Below, one piece after another: positions 25,020 through 35,921 of a stretch of DNA of 63,740 nt. Every line of letters starts with the position of its first letter. Position 1 is the stretch's first letter. The notes under the pieces were generated by a model that worked only from the letters and a program-made list of their open reading frames with translations, ran no database searches and was not told the DNA's origin. The position numbers were made by a program, and so were the translations under genes. Location: the IMG/VR virus record IMGVR_UViG_3300032330_001642, positions 1 to 63,740 of that record; one strand, written 5' to 3'. This DNA comes from a virus (lineage: Duplodnaviria > Caudoviricetes).

Positions 25020-26162
25020 TTAAATACTATCTAATTTATCAGCACTTATGTGAGACACAGTTGAATCAAATTGTGGACCACCTTGTTGATTTCCGGTATT
25101 ATACCCATATTGGTCTTCAGGTTTTGGTGGTGTTGGTTGAACAACCACATTTGCGGGACATAATTTTGTAACATCAGCATCCGTAAATCCATTTTTGAAT
25201 CCTTTAGATTCTAACGCTCCTTGAGTTTTAGGTCCAAATAAACCATCTGTTTTAATGTTAAGACATCCTTGTACTTTAGTAATTACATCGGATTTACAAC
25301 CTTGAGTATAGGTTCCTTTACAATCTTTGAATTTAGAACCTCCGGTTTTTCCACCACCTCCACCACCGGATTTACATTTAGCTTGTGTAGGGTCTTGTTT
25401 ACAATCTTTAATTGTGTCTTCACCAATTTGTTTTAATGAATCTTCAACACAATTTCTAATTGGTCTATATATTTGTTTCCATTCCTCTTCAGCATCAATA
25501 TCGCTATCTAAATCATCAAATAAATCACCACTATCCGAATGTGCGTTATAATATGTTATTAATGCACAAAAATCAGATGCGGTTCCACCTTCTAATTTTT
25601 TGAATGCTCCAAATAATTTTTCCTCATCAGTTCCCGCCATAAATCCCCAAGTTTTCTCATTTATTGCATCATCAATATCATCGGTTATTGAACGTAAATC
25701 TGTCTCACCAAGTTTTCTAGGTAATTTAGCAATTTTTGCGGCATCTGTTGAACACATTTCAAACATTTTTTTAACTTTGTTTGCTCCGGTATCTTTAGTC
25801 ATTAACCAATAAACTAATGGTAATACTAATAATGCGGCGCCACCGGTTACTACAGCACCACCTAATGCGGCTGCTCCTGTAACACTTGTCGCACCTAATG
25901 CGGTACCAACACCCACTGCGGAATATGCCGCGCCACCTAATGCGGTTGTTGTTGCAATATTTGCCGCCGCGGCTCCACCCATTGCTGCAGCCCCAAGACC
26001 AGCACCAACAGCGGTACTACCAATTGCGACATCAGCAGTATCTTCATTAACAGATTCAATTTCCTCAATATTTTCAGTTAAGGTCTTCTTGGCATCATAT
26101 TTCATCATAAGAAGAACACGCTTAAGTGCGTCGTTCCCCTCGTTTAAGTTGTATTTCTCCAT
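25020..26162 (-). CDS. membrane protein with annexin-like repeat and peptidoglycan-binding domain
   Basis: Gly/Ala-rich hydrophobic segment; GTDEEKLF...DLFDDLDSD; VQGCLNIKTDGLFGPKT. Confidence 0.6.
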   Translation of the reverse strand: MEKYNLNEGNDALKRVLLMMKYDAKKTLTENIEEIESVNEDTADVAIGSTAVGAGLGAAAMGGAAAANIATTTALGGAAYSAVGVGTALGATSVTGAAALGGAVVTGGAALLVLPLVYWLMTKDTGANKVKKMFEMCSTDAAKIAKLPRKLGETDLRSITDDIDDAINEKTWGFMAGTDEEKLFGAFKKLEGGTASDFCALITYYNAHSDSGDLFDDLDSDIDAEEEWKQIYRPIRNCVEDSLKQIGEDTIKDCKQDPTQAKCKSGGGGGGKTGGSKFKDCKGTYTQGCKSDVITKVQGCLNIKTDGLFGPKTQGALESKGFKNGFTDADVTKLCPANVVVQPTPPKPEDQYGYNTGNQQGGPQFDSTVSHISADKLDSI

Positions 26163-26223
26163 AATTATGTTTTTTTATAAATATCAATAATAATATAAAT
26201 ATCACTCTATATATAATAAAGTG

Positions 26224-26469
26224 TTATTTTAATTGATTTGCCGGTCCTCGGGTTAAACCTGATTCCCATTTCTCTCCGGCTTTACCTAACATATTGGCTT
26301 TACCTCGTGAAACTTTAGACCCAACAATGTCAGACCAAGTTGATGGTTGGTTACCACCACCGGAACCACCACCATCGGACGGTGCATCTTGTTCTCCTAA
26401 TTCTACGTTATCACTTTTAGGTGTGTATTCCTTCATTAAGGAAATAATGTAATCAATATCTGTTCTCAT
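26224..26469 (-). CDS. hypothetical protein
   Basis: ORF with two RG(K/P)AN motifs. Confidence 0.65.
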   Translation of the reverse strand: MRTDIDYIISLMKEYTPKSDNVELGEQDAPSDGGGSGGGNQPSTWSDIVGSKVSRGKANMLGKAGEKWESGLTRGPANQLK

Positions 26470-26529
26470 ATTTAGATAAATATTTTGGTAATTAAAAAAA
26501 AAGTAATATATTTGCTAAAAATAAACATT

Positions 26530-27036
26530 ATGAAGAAAATAATTCTATTAATTGGAATCCTGTTTACGTTTAATTCTTGTGAAGTATATCAAGAACCAAC
26601 GTCTTTGTCATTGAGTGGTGAATATATTATTGACAAAGTTACCGTTATTAGTACTGAGAACACAACAAATAGTGGTGGTCAAATTTATGGACCCGGAAGT
26701 CATTATGTAAATAATCTAGATACATTCCCATTGGATGATATATATGTAGGTTTTACTCGTTGGCATTTTGATTATACAATAGCATCATTTTTTCCAATAT
26801 CTAATGGTGATGGTACCGTTAATTGGCAAAGACAATATTATTATACGGTTGTTGGTCACAATAACGTTTATGATTTGGGATATATTAAATTTAATGTGAA
26901 TGGTTCCGTTAGAATTTTTAAGATTCTTGATGATGGAATGGAAAGTTTAACATTACAAAACAGTGGATTATGGCCTTACGCAAATGAAGGACCAAATGAA
27001 GTTGTTATGATACATTTATCGAGAATAGGACCATAA
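26530..27036 (+). CDS. lipoprotein
   Basis: MKKIILLIGILFTFNSC lipobox; TATATTTG upstream. Confidence 0.75.
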   Translation: MKKIILLIGILFTFNSCEVYQEPTSLSLSGEYIIDKVTVISTENTTNSGGQIYGPGSHYVNNLDTFPLDDIYVGFTRWHFDYTIASFFPISNGDGTVNWQRQYYYTVVGHNNVYDLGYIKFNVNGSVRIFKILDDGMESLTLQNSGLWPYANEGPNEVVMIHLSRIGP

Positions 27037-27039
27037 AAA

Positions 27040-27059
27040 AACCCCCAATTAAGGGGGTT
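27040..27059. terminator. repeated bidirectional terminator, copy 1
   Basis: AACCCCCAATTAAGGGGGTT. Confidence 0.85.
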
Positions 27060-27065
27060 TGTTTT

Positions 27066-27371
27066 TTAGTATAATTCAGCATCCGGTAAATTGTCCGGAT
27101 AAATTAAATAGTATTCGTTCAAAAACGATATAACTTCTTGTTCATCTAAATCTTCACCCATATCACCAAATAGGTAAATATCATCATCATCTTCATCATC
27201 ATAAAAATCATCAACATTTTCAGGGATGTTATAACCAAATGTTTTCATTTCCTCAAGGGTTATTTGGTCTGTTCTAATTTCATCGTCACTATCAGATAAA
27301 ACCCTAAATGTAACATCTAAAGTTTGAGATGCCTCATTCACATAAAACGATTCTAACTCTTTAATTTCCAT
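27066..27371 (-). CDS. acidic hypothetical protein
   Basis: ORF. Confidence 0.65.
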   Translation of the reverse strand: MEIKELESFYVNEASQTLDVTFRVLSDSDDEIRTDQITLEEMKTFGYNIPENVDDFYDDEDDDDIYLFGDMGEDLDEQEVISFLNEYYLIYPDNLPDAELY

Positions 27372-27377
27372 TGTATT

Positions 27378-27974
27378 CTATTTTTCTTCATCAAACGCAT
27401 TGTGGAATTTTCCGTGACGTTTGTATATGTTTCTTTTATCTACCTCACCTTTCCAACCTAAAAATTCTGAAGTTGGTTCAAAATTCTTAAAATGTTTTGG
27501 ATGTTTTTTTACGTGTGGGTGTAAATCGTGTAATTCATCATCTGACATTTTTTCAAAATCCAATCTTTCTTCTTCCATTGGTGCCGGAGAATCTGATGTT
27601 GGTGTTGTACCTGAAGTACCAAATGATTTAATAATAACATCCGATAATCTATCAGCTTCAACGTCAGGTTGAGTCCCTTTTGTGTACCACACACCTATTT
27701 TATTTTTACCTAATTTTTTTAGATTAAATTTTCCAATTGTTTCTTCACTAGGATTTAACACATTTAAGGTTGCCTCATTATTTTTTATTTCAAAAAAGAA
27801 ATCACCTACACCCGGGATTTTTTTAACTAATACTGTTTTACCTCCGGTGTTGTTTGCATCGACAAAACCTTTTTCTCTTAGTTTTGAGACTAAACCTGTT
27901 TCCGATTGTTCTTTAATAACTCGTTTAACGATATTATATAAATCATTTTGGGTTAATTTAACTACTTTTGACAT
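27378..27974 (-). CDS. hypothetical protein with shared N-terminal motif
   Basis: MSKVVKLTQNDLYNIVKRVIKEQ. Confidence 0.65.
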   Translation of the reverse strand: MSKVVKLTQNDLYNIVKRVIKEQSETGLVSKLREKGFVDANNTGGKTVLVKKIPGVGDFFFEIKNNEATLNVLNPSEETIGKFNLKKLGKNKIGVWYTKGTQPDVEADRLSDVIIKSFGTSGTTPTSDSPAPMEEERLDFEKMSDDELHDLHPHVKKHPKHFKNFEPTSEFLGWKGEVDKRNIYKRHGKFHNAFDEEK

Positions 27975-27975
27975 A

Positions 27976-28599
27976 TTAGTTGTATTTTGATAATCTTTTG
28001 AACATATCTAAAGATTCGTTAATTTTTGAAACAACTTGTTCTTTTGTTTCTTCTTCAATTTGGTCTTCTTCGTTATCTAAATCAAATAATGAATCAATAT
28101 CTAATCCAAATGGAGAATCATCTTCATCTTCATCGTCAAAAATTGTAGAGTCAGGACTAAAAACTAAATCATCATCAGATTCAGGACTAACTAAGACCAT
28201 ATCTTCTTCATCCTCGTGTCCAAATGTTCCGTGTTCTAAATCATCCTCACCATCACCAATCATATCTTCTAAACCTTCAAATGTAGGTTCAGGAGCATAT
28301 TCAACTCCGGCAGAAACAAATTGTTCCATTTCTTCATTGTATCCATCTTCTTCATCAGAGAATAAACCGGTTGATTTTCCATCAGCGTGCATTTCGTTAA
28401 TGTTTACATTTTTATATGTACTAACATTACCTTTATTATTAACGGTCAAACCACCTTTATCATTTGCGTAATCTTGTACATATAATGGTTGTTGTCCCGG
28501 TTGTGCGTATTGTGTTACGTATCCATCATAAACTTCTTTATGTTGGTCAAGGATGTTACTTCTCTCCTCGTTTGTCATTTTGAAAAAATATGCGTTCAT
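27976..28599 (-). CDS. acidic hypothetical protein
   Basis: ORF; C-terminal INESLDMFKRL. Confidence 0.65.
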   Translation of the reverse strand: MNAYFFKMTNEERSNILDQHKEVYDGYVTQYAQPGQQPLYVQDYANDKGGLTVNNKGNVSTYKNVNINEMHADGKSTGLFSDEEDGYNEEMEQFVSAGVEYAPEPTFEGLEDMIGDGEDDLEHGTFGHEDEEDMVLVSPESDDDLVFSPDSTIFDDEDEDDSPFGLDIDSLFDLDNEEDQIEEETKEQVVSKINESLDMFKRLSKYN

Positions 28600-28633
28600 A
28601 TTATTGTTTTTGTTTTATAAATATGTTTATGTT

Positions 28634-29212
28634 TTATAAAAAGGTATATGTTTGTACAATCTTACTTGCGAATCTTTGTAGATATCTATTGATATTCTCC
28701 ATACTTTCATCCATACCTTTATCTTCTAAGTAATTTATGATACCATTAATCATTTCTGCCTGAGCTTGGTCAGCGTGGTCTAAAACTTCTTCAAAAGCTT
28801 CTTCGTTATGTATTTCTTTATATTTGAATTCGTGTTTAATTCTTTCTCTACCCATATATAGATATGGCGCCGCCGCCAACATATTAGTGATACTAGATTC
28901 TCTAATCATTAAAAGATATTTTTTTAAGAATTTCATATTAAAATACTTGAATACGTCAATATTCTTCATAAAAAAGTTATTTCTATCATCTTCTTTGATA
29001 GTTTTTTTCTTTCTTTCTTTAGTATCCCACATATCCTCATCACCAATTAATGCTAATGTACTACCATTGTCCCAATTAACTTCATATTGGTCTGAACCAA
29101 ATAATTTGTAAGCTTTTGTAACAGTTCCCCACGTTCCGGGTAATACCGAAGTTTCACCACCCATATGTAATAGGACTACTCTGTCACCGGGTTTTAATTC
29201 AGGATTTATCAT
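28634..29212 (-). CDS. hypothetical protein with DUF4314-like SH3-type N-terminus
   Basis: LKPGDRVVLLHM..PGTWGTV..VNWDNGSTLAL. Confidence 0.55.
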   Translation of the reverse strand: MINPELKPGDRVVLLHMGGETSVLPGTWGTVTKAYKLFGSDQYEVNWDNGSTLALIGDEDMWDTKERKKKTIKEDDRNNFFMKNIDVFKYFNMKFLKKYLLMIRESSITNMLAAAPYLYMGRERIKHEFKYKEIHNEEAFEEVLDHADQAQAEMINGIINYLEDKGMDESMENINRYLQRFASKIVQTYTFL

Positions 29213-29263
29213 TTTTTTGTGTTTAATCTTAACAATAAATATAATCAAAGTATTTATAAGTGT

Positions 29264-29893
29264 ATGGAAATGACTTTAATTATAACGGAAAGCCAAAGAA
29301 AGATGATTTTAACAGAATCTATCGTTAGTAATTTTGCTGAATCAGTAAAAAATAATTACGATTTTGTTAAAAAAATTGTTAAAGAGGCATCTGAAAGTAT
29401 GGGGATGAATTTACAATTCGCAATAACTTGGGGTGCAAGTATTGGGGGATTCATTGGACCTATTAATAATTTTCTTGAAGGTAAGTATCCAAATTTAACT
29501 GATTTGGAATTAAGTTTAATTTTAACCGGTGTTATCGCAACATATTACTTTGATAACGCTGAGATGGCAAAACAAGTATTTGAAAAAATTAAAGAGGATG
29601 GATTATCATCACCTTTTAAAGAAGCTCTTAGAAAAGGTAAACAATTTAAAGATACATTTTTAGATTTTGCCTCAAGTCTTAATATCACATTACATAAAGT
29701 AACCAATATGATGGGATATACCTTTATATTACCATTAATTCCTATGTTATTTGAAATTGCTAAAAATGGTGAGTACAACAATCAAGATATTAAACAAATC
29801 AGTCTTAGATTAGCGTCGTTTGGTATCTTAACAGTTTCTGCAATTATGATTAGAGAATTGTTAACAAAAATTATTAAGAGATTTAGGTCTTAA
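29264..29893 (+). CDS. membrane protein with shared N-terminal motif
   Basis: LIITESQRKMILTES; hydrophobic helices. Confidence 0.65.
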   Translation: MEMTLIITESQRKMILTESIVSNFAESVKNNYDFVKKIVKEASESMGMNLQFAITWGASIGGFIGPINNFLEGKYPNLTDLELSLILTGVIATYYFDNAEMAKQVFEKIKEDGLSSPFKEALRKGKQFKDTFLDFASSLNITLHKVTNMMGYTFILPLIPMLFEIAKNGEYNNQDIKQISLRLASFGILTVSAIMIRELLTKIIKRFRS

Positions 29894-30663
29894 TAATCTC
29901 CGGAAATAAAATCACATAATTTACTTGAGAAGGTTGAGTGACTAGTGTAGTCAAAAGACTCAATGTCAATATCTCCAATGTTTCTAATGTACGCATAAGT
30001 ATGTGTCCATATTTCACAATCAGCCAAGTCCATATACTTACTAATTTCAGGCCAAATAATATCATCTAATGGATATCTAAGACTTTCATCCTCACTAACA
30101 TATCCAACAATAGTTTCCGCAAGGTCTTGTGGTATATTTTCTAAAGGTTCACCATCAACAAGTATTTCACTACAATAGACTGAAACATCAGTGGTTATTC
30201 CATCATCAATAAAAATGTCCGCCACCTCATATGTAACATTTAATACTAAATTTTTTCTTTCATTCCCACAAAAGAAATGTGTTGTTATTTGTTTTGGCGT
30301 TTTTTGTGATATATCATTAGTTACTTTTTTAGTAAATGAATCTGATAAATAACCACCATATCTTTCAGATTCAAAATCATCTACATAGATGTATTTAGTG
30401 ACCGGTAATACGTGACCAAAGGACACACCAACTAAATTACAAGCATCTTGTACTATGTGTTTAGATTTACAATTAAAATAATCCCACAACCAAGATAAAT
30501 TTTTTACTTTAGATTGAATGTTTACGTCATATTCTAGGTTAAGTTTACCATCACCTCTAATTTCATATTCAACATTTGTAAATTTGAAATTAAACCCTTT
30601 AATTGGGTGGGTTAATCTCTCTAAATACATTTTAATACCTTTCGCCTCAGAGTTTGTTATCAC
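29890..30663 (-). CDS. hypothetical protein
   Basis: 257-aa ORF. Confidence 0.65.
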   Translation of the reverse strand: MITNSEAKGIKMYLERLTHPIKGFNFKFTNVEYEIRGDGKLNLEYDVNIQSKVKNLSWLWDYFNCKSKHIVQDACNLVGVSFGHVLPVTKYIYVDDFESERYGGYLSDSFTKKVTNDISQKTPKQITTHFFCGNERKNLVLNVTYEVADIFIDDGITTDVSVYCSEILVDGEPLENIPQDLAETIVGYVSEDESLRYPLDDIIWPEISKYMDLADCEIWTHTYAYIRNIGDIDIESFDYTSHSTFSSKLCDFISGDY

Positions 30664-31631
30664 TTTCTATCCAATATCTCATTTATCACAATTTCTTGTT
30701 CGTTTTCGGTTAAACCGTGAATATCTCTATGAGTGTCAAACCATTCTGATACAACATCGTTAAATGGTAATTTTCTTAGTTTTGCAAGTCTTCTTAGTCC
30801 CACTCTTTGTGCTTTTATTTCATCAGGTTGTGTATAATAACCTAACGAATCAGATGGTGGTTCTTGATATACTTTTCCTTCTGTAATATATTGGAATCCG
30901 TGTTCCAATTCGTGGGCAACAATATCGTTTAACTCTCCGATTATATTATAGATGTTTTTACGTAATGTTTTTGGGTTAAACTTAATTGCAATTTCAATAA
31001 CATCATCTTCAGATGAAAAATTACCACCAACACTATAACCATCAAGATTATTGTCTATTTCAACATATAAATCCACAGAATATGTAAAAGGGAGATTGGT
31101 GAAAGAATATTCCTCACCGTCTTCTCCCGGTAAATAAAATTCACCCGGCTCTTTATCCTTAATAATATTTAATATGTCTTTTACCGTTGTTCTAACAGCA
31201 ATTCTACTCATTCTACTCATATTGGACTCTGTTATTGGTTTTTGTACGTCAAATGTTAGACTATCAATTGTAGTTCTAATATTCTCGTCAAAGATACGTA
31301 AAAATCTTGTCATTTCCAAATTTAAGTCTGAATAGAATTTGTATAATCTACTTTCAAAACTTTTCGCAATCATTTTACCTTGTTCATTGTTTTCAGGGGT
31401 AAATAATAATTGACTTAATTTATCATTAAGACCTATAATAACAACATTTAATAAAGCGTAATCATAATACTCACCAACACTCATCAGTTTTTTATAACCA
31501 TCAACTTTGAATTTATAATCAATATCCGAACGTAATGATTCTGGTGCATCGGCAATTATTTGACCATTATACTTAAAAGTTCTTGTTGATAATAATTTAT
31601 TAATTCTTTCTAATTGTTTTTCTGTTAACAT
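30660..31631 (-). CDS. HExxH zinc metallopeptidase-like protein
   Basis: AHELEHGFQ...YYTQPDEIKA. Confidence 0.6.
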   Translation of the reverse strand: MLTEKQLERINKLLSTRTFKYNGQIIADAPESLRSDIDYKFKVDGYKKLMSVGEYYDYALLNVVIIGLNDKLSQLLFTPENNEQGKMIAKSFESRLYKFYSDLNLEMTRFLRIFDENIRTTIDSLTFDVQKPITESNMSRMSRIAVRTTVKDILNIIKDKEPGEFYLPGEDGEEYSFTNLPFTYSVDLYVEIDNNLDGYSVGGNFSSEDDVIEIAIKFNPKTLRKNIYNIIGELNDIVAHELEHGFQYITEGKVYQEPPSDSLGYYTQPDEIKAQRVGLRRLAKLRKLPFNDVVSEWFDTHRDIHGLTENEQEIVINEILDRK

Positions 31632-31734
31632 ATCTATAAATACTTTAATAATCAAATAATCTTTTTTTTATAAAGTTTTTTATCATATTTTTGGTGGTAA
31701 ATAGATATTTGGTGGAAAGTAGATATTTATAATT

Positions 31735-32403
31735 ATGAATTATAGAAAAATTTGGGAAAATTATCACGGAAAAATACCTTTTGATTCTGAAGGTAGGGTT
31801 TATGATATTCATCATATTGACGGTAATAGAAAAAATAATAATATTAATAATCTTATTTGTTTATCTTTGGAAGACCATTATAAGTTACATTTACATCAAT
31901 ATTTGGAAAATGGAAATATTAAAGATTTAGCTTCAGCAAGAATTTTATCAGGTAGATTAGGTAAAAAAATTGAGGAGTTAACGGGATGGTCGGTTAGTGA
32001 GGAAACTAAAGAAAAAATAAGAAAAACTTTAACCGGTAAAAAAAGACCTAAAGAGGTTGTTGATAAAGTAAGAGAAAAACTAATAAACTATAAATGGAGT
32101 GAAGAACAAATCCAATCAAGAGTTAATGGGTTAAAAAAATTTTATGAAAATACTCCAAGAGAGGACCGAATTGAATGGAGAAACAATATATCTGAAGCCC
32201 ATTTAGGTAAAATAGTTAAAGAAGAAACAAAAGAAAAATTATCAAAATTAAATTCAAAATTAACGGATAATGAAGCTTTAGAAGTTATGGACTTGATTAT
32301 GTCAGGAGAAAGATATAAACTTATCTCAGAAAAATACAATATTAGTCAATCACAAATAACGGCAATAAAACAAAAAAAAACATATAAATGGTTATGGAAT
32401 TAA
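31735..32403 (+). mobile_element. HNH homing endonuclease with NUMOD3-like repeats and C-terminal HTH
   Basis: DIHHIDGNRKNNNINNL; SEETKEKI repeats. Confidence 0.85.
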
Positions 32404-32804
32404 TATCAACACACCCAATAAAAAAATCCGATTTAGGATTTCACGGGAATTTATTTGGAGGAACATTATTAAAATTTATAGATTCGGGGGCCGCTGGTTA
32501 CGCTATGCAATTATGTGATTCACCAAGAATGGTGACTGTGGCAATTGATAAATGTTTTTTTGAAAAACCAGCTAGGGAAGGACAAATATTAAAAATTTAT
32601 GGACACCCGTCAGCATTAGGTACCACATCGGTTACCTTATATATGGAGGCACGTGCTCACAACGTATATACCGGTAACCAAGTAATTGTTTTAAGAACAA
32701 ACATTAAATTTGTTATGATTGACGAAGGTGGAAACCCAATCCCAATTGGTGATAAAGGAAGAAAAAAAATACAAAGTTTAATTGATAGTTTAACTAAAGA
32801 ATAA
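32388..32804 (+). CDS. hotdog-fold acyl-CoA thioesterase (YciA-like)
   Basis: DLGFHGNLFGG..LKFID..MVTVAID..GTTSV. Confidence 0.85.
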   Translation: MVMELISTHPIKKSDLGFHGNLFGGTLLKFIDSGAAGYAMQLCDSPRMVTVAIDKCFFEKPAREGQILKIYGHPSALGTTSVTLYMEARAHNVYTGNQVIVLRTNIKFVMIDEGGNPIPIGDKGRKKIQSLIDSLTKE

Positions 32805-32846
32805 AAAAAAAGGTCTAAAATTAATTAGACCTTTTTTTATTTTATA

Positions 32847-34514
32847 TTATTTCCAAACTAATGTATCTTTGAATGTTGTTCCGGTACCTGATTGATTAAT
32901 TAATCTACGAGTATACGCAAATCCACCACCTTGAGTTTCACCATTAATACCTTGGGTCCAACTAGTAAATTGTACTGTATAGTAATCATCAGTTGTTTCG
33001 TCGTGCATAATTAATGGTATTTCATAATTGTTACCAATAGCACCGTCTAATGCGGTATAGAAAGTGTCAAAATTTCTTCCATCTACAACATCTAAATTTG
33101 AAAAACCATAATCACCTCCGTCAGCAGTATATTCGGAATTCCAAGTTGTTCCTGATGGTGATATATTACCATTCCACGATGATTCCACAACTGAATTATA
33201 TATACCACCATTTAATCCTCTGGTTATATTAATATCGGCGTTGATGTAATCAACTTCTTTTCCATAATTACTATGAATAAAATTAACCTCACTTTCAACG
33301 TATTCTGTTGAATAAACCGTACATTCAAATACATCACCAATTTGTGTATTTTCAGGTGGGAAATCAATATAATCATTAGGATAAAAATTTTGGAATCCCG
33401 ATATCGATTCATAATCTCTAGTATCAAGAATTTCAACACCATTTTGTGTTATTATCGCATAGTTTACTACAGATGAACCATCTTTAGTTGTTATTCCAAA
33501 ACCATCTTGTTGACTATCAAAAAACCAACCAAAATTCTCGTAAGAATTTGGAATTCCATCACCATAAGGAATACCTTCACCATCTTCAATAGTAATTGAA
33601 GGGTATAATCCCGCTAAATCACTAATTTCAGTACTTAAATTACTTAATAAATTATATAACCCTGTTAAGTTTGCGTTATTTGCATAATCTAAAGATGTTA
33701 TTAAAGTACCCTGTTGGAACTCTAACAATCTAGTGATTACTTTTGTAAAATTATTTGGTTGATAATTAGCCGTTGATAATATTAAATCAAGTGATTGTGC
33801 AACTAATTGAGATTTATAATTTTCTAAGTCTTGTTCATATTGAATTTTTAATGTGGCAGCCTCTACTTGTTTATTAATAATATCTTCTTTATTAAATGTC
33901 AAAGTATATATTCCAACTGTATTAACTGCTGTATCGTCAAACACAAAATTAGGTGCATTACAACCTCTTGAAGTACAACTACCTGATGGTCCTTTAGGCG
34001 CTTGGTCATTATAAAACCCTCTAACCGGTAAATAATCCACTTGAGAAAATCCTGCAAAATTTATATCACCCTTAAATGTTTGGGTAACTTCTAACGCATA
34101 ATAGTTAAGATTTTCATTTGGATTATTATAATACATATAATTTCTCATTCTTTGCCCTTCAGGAATGGTTGATGACCATTTAGCCCAAAATCTTTTGAAT
34201 TCTGATGAATCATTCATCGCTGTATTCAAATTAAGAGTGATTGTTGCATTACCTTTAAGAGCATCCAATTTTGTTTCTTCACCGATAACTTTAATTTGGT
34301 TATCAGTCGCTTCCTCGGAAACACCATATCCATCACCAACATTAAGTCTTGTTATGAAAAATGGTGAAGATGAATCAACAATACCCGGAGATGGGTCAAG
34401 TGTTGGGTTTATAACTATTAATTTAATACTAAAGGTTACCTGAATATTTGGTACTCTATCAGTTTCATTTTTATTCTTATCAAAAGCTTGATAACCATAT
34501 GTTAATGTTGTCAT
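32847..34514 (-). CDS. hypothetical protein (paralog of 34536-35804)
   Basis: shared block TKVITRLLE...LYPSITIEDGEGIPY. Confidence 0.7.
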   Translation of the reverse strand: MTTLTYGYQAFDKNKNETDRVPNIQVTFSIKLIVINPTLDPSPGIVDSSSPFFITRLNVGDGYGVSEEATDNQIKVIGEETKLDALKGNATITLNLNTAMNDSSEFKRFWAKWSSTIPEGQRMRNYMYYNNPNENLNYYALEVTQTFKGDINFAGFSQVDYLPVRGFYNDQAPKGPSGSCTSRGCNAPNFVFDDTAVNTVGIYTLTFNKEDIINKQVEAATLKIQYEQDLENYKSQLVAQSLDLILSTANYQPNNFTKVITRLLEFQQGTLITSLDYANNANLTGLYNLLSNLSTEISDLAGLYPSITIEDGEGIPYGDGIPNSYENFGWFFDSQQDGFGITTKDGSSVVNYAIITQNGVEILDTRDYESISGFQNFYPNDYIDFPPENTQIGDVFECTVYSTEYVESEVNFIHSNYGKEVDYINADINITRGLNGGIYNSVVESSWNGNISPSGTTWNSEYTADGGDYGFSNLDVVDGRNFDTFYTALDGAIGNNYEIPLIMHDETTDDYYTVQFTSWTQGINGETQGGGFAYTRRLINQSGTGTTFKDTLVWK

Positions 34515-34535
34515 ATCTTTATTTTTTTATTTTTT

Positions 34536-35804
34536 TTATTTAATTACTATTGTTGCGGTATATTGACTTGGACTAAGACCTGGTGTTGTTGGTTTACAAC
34601 CATCAAACTCACATAATTCAACCGCACTATTACTTGTCACATATGACGCAACTGTTAAAACATCTCCCGGAACTAAACCAACTATTTCTAATTTGTTTTT
34701 TTCTTGCCATTCTTGAACAAGCCCATTAATATTATCAAATTTGAATATTTCTGACCAACCTTGAGTATCATATGAATATGCAATTTTTTCCATTCCACCC
34801 CATTCTTTTGTGGCGATTATTTCACCATTTAATGACAAACTTGGATTGTATTCAATATAGACACCTGTGTCTTTCTCCGCTTTATCACCAATAAATGAAT
34901 TATAATTACTCATTAAGGTACCCACAAACCTAATATTACCCTCATTTTGGTAAAATGAATAACCTCTAAATGGTTCAGGTATTATACCAATATTTTGATA
35001 AGGTAAACCTTCACCTTGGTCAATAGTTACCTTAGGATATAATGCAGAAATTTGTGATATCGTATTTCTAATACCGTTTAATCGGTTTGTTTCTCCAATA
35101 AGACCAGCATCACTAGAAAACGATAAAGCATTTTCTATAGTACCAACATTTAACTCTAAACATCTTGTTATAACTTGAGTAATATTAATTGGGTTATATC
35201 TGTTTAATGTTGGAATTTGTAAAATAGATTGAGATTCAATTTCACCTTGAAAACTTGCTAAAGTATCCAAATATTCTTTTTGAGTTTTAAGTTTAGTTGA
35301 TTGGTATTTTTTCAACAACTCTTCGCTAATAACAACTTCATCAATATAAAAGTCATCATAAACGTCATAATATACTAAATTTTTGTATTCATATGTCGTT
35401 GGTCCTGTCTTAACTACGTTATAAGCCAATAGTTCTTGAGGTTTTTCAGTTGTACCTAAATAAACATAAGGTCCAATTTCTTGTTTTTCATTCATTAATG
35501 TAATTAATAAACTAACATTATATTCTTTTAAGTTACCAAATTTGTTAAAGTACGCAAGAAATGTTTCATCTGTAAACATATTTGTTACATTAATTTGTAC
35601 AATCCCATTACTATTAGTGGTTACTATACCGTCAAGTAATGATTCCGAGAAAAGAACACCACCTCTTTGGGGTGGGATTAAACTTGTATCCCCTTTAGTA
35701 TTAGCTAAAACAGCTACTGTTTGTACCATATAATTAATAGTAAGACCACAAATTGGTTCTTCGGTATCACTATTACGGTATTTGAATGATATTAAATTTG
35801 CCAT
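34536..35804 (-). CDS. hypothetical protein (paralog of 32847-34514)
   Basis: shared block TQVITRCLE...LYPKVTIDQGEGLPY. Confidence 0.7.
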   Translation of the reverse strand: MANLISFKYRNSDTEEPICGLTINYMVQTVAVLANTKGDTSLIPPQRGGVLFSESLLDGIVTTNSNGIVQINVTNMFTDETFLAYFNKFGNLKEYNVSLLITLMNEKQEIGPYVYLGTTEKPQELLAYNVVKTGPTTYEYKNLVYYDVYDDFYIDEVVISEELLKKYQSTKLKTQKEYLDTLASFQGEIESQSILQIPTLNRYNPINITQVITRCLELNVGTIENALSFSSDAGLIGETNRLNGIRNTISQISALYPKVTIDQGEGLPYQNIGIIPEPFRGYSFYQNEGNIRFVGTLMSNYNSFIGDKAEKDTGVYIEYNPSLSLNGEIIATKEWGGMEKIAYSYDTQGWSEIFKFDNINGLVQEWQEKNKLEIVGLVPGDVLTVASYVTSNSAVELCEFDGCKPTTPGLSPSQYTATIVIK

Positions 35805-35921
35805 AATTTTGTTTTTTATTTATAAATATCACCTCAAAACAAAATATACTATTTCCAAATTTTATTTATAACCTAAATTATTATATTTATTAAGATATTT
35901 ATAAAATAAAATATTACACTT

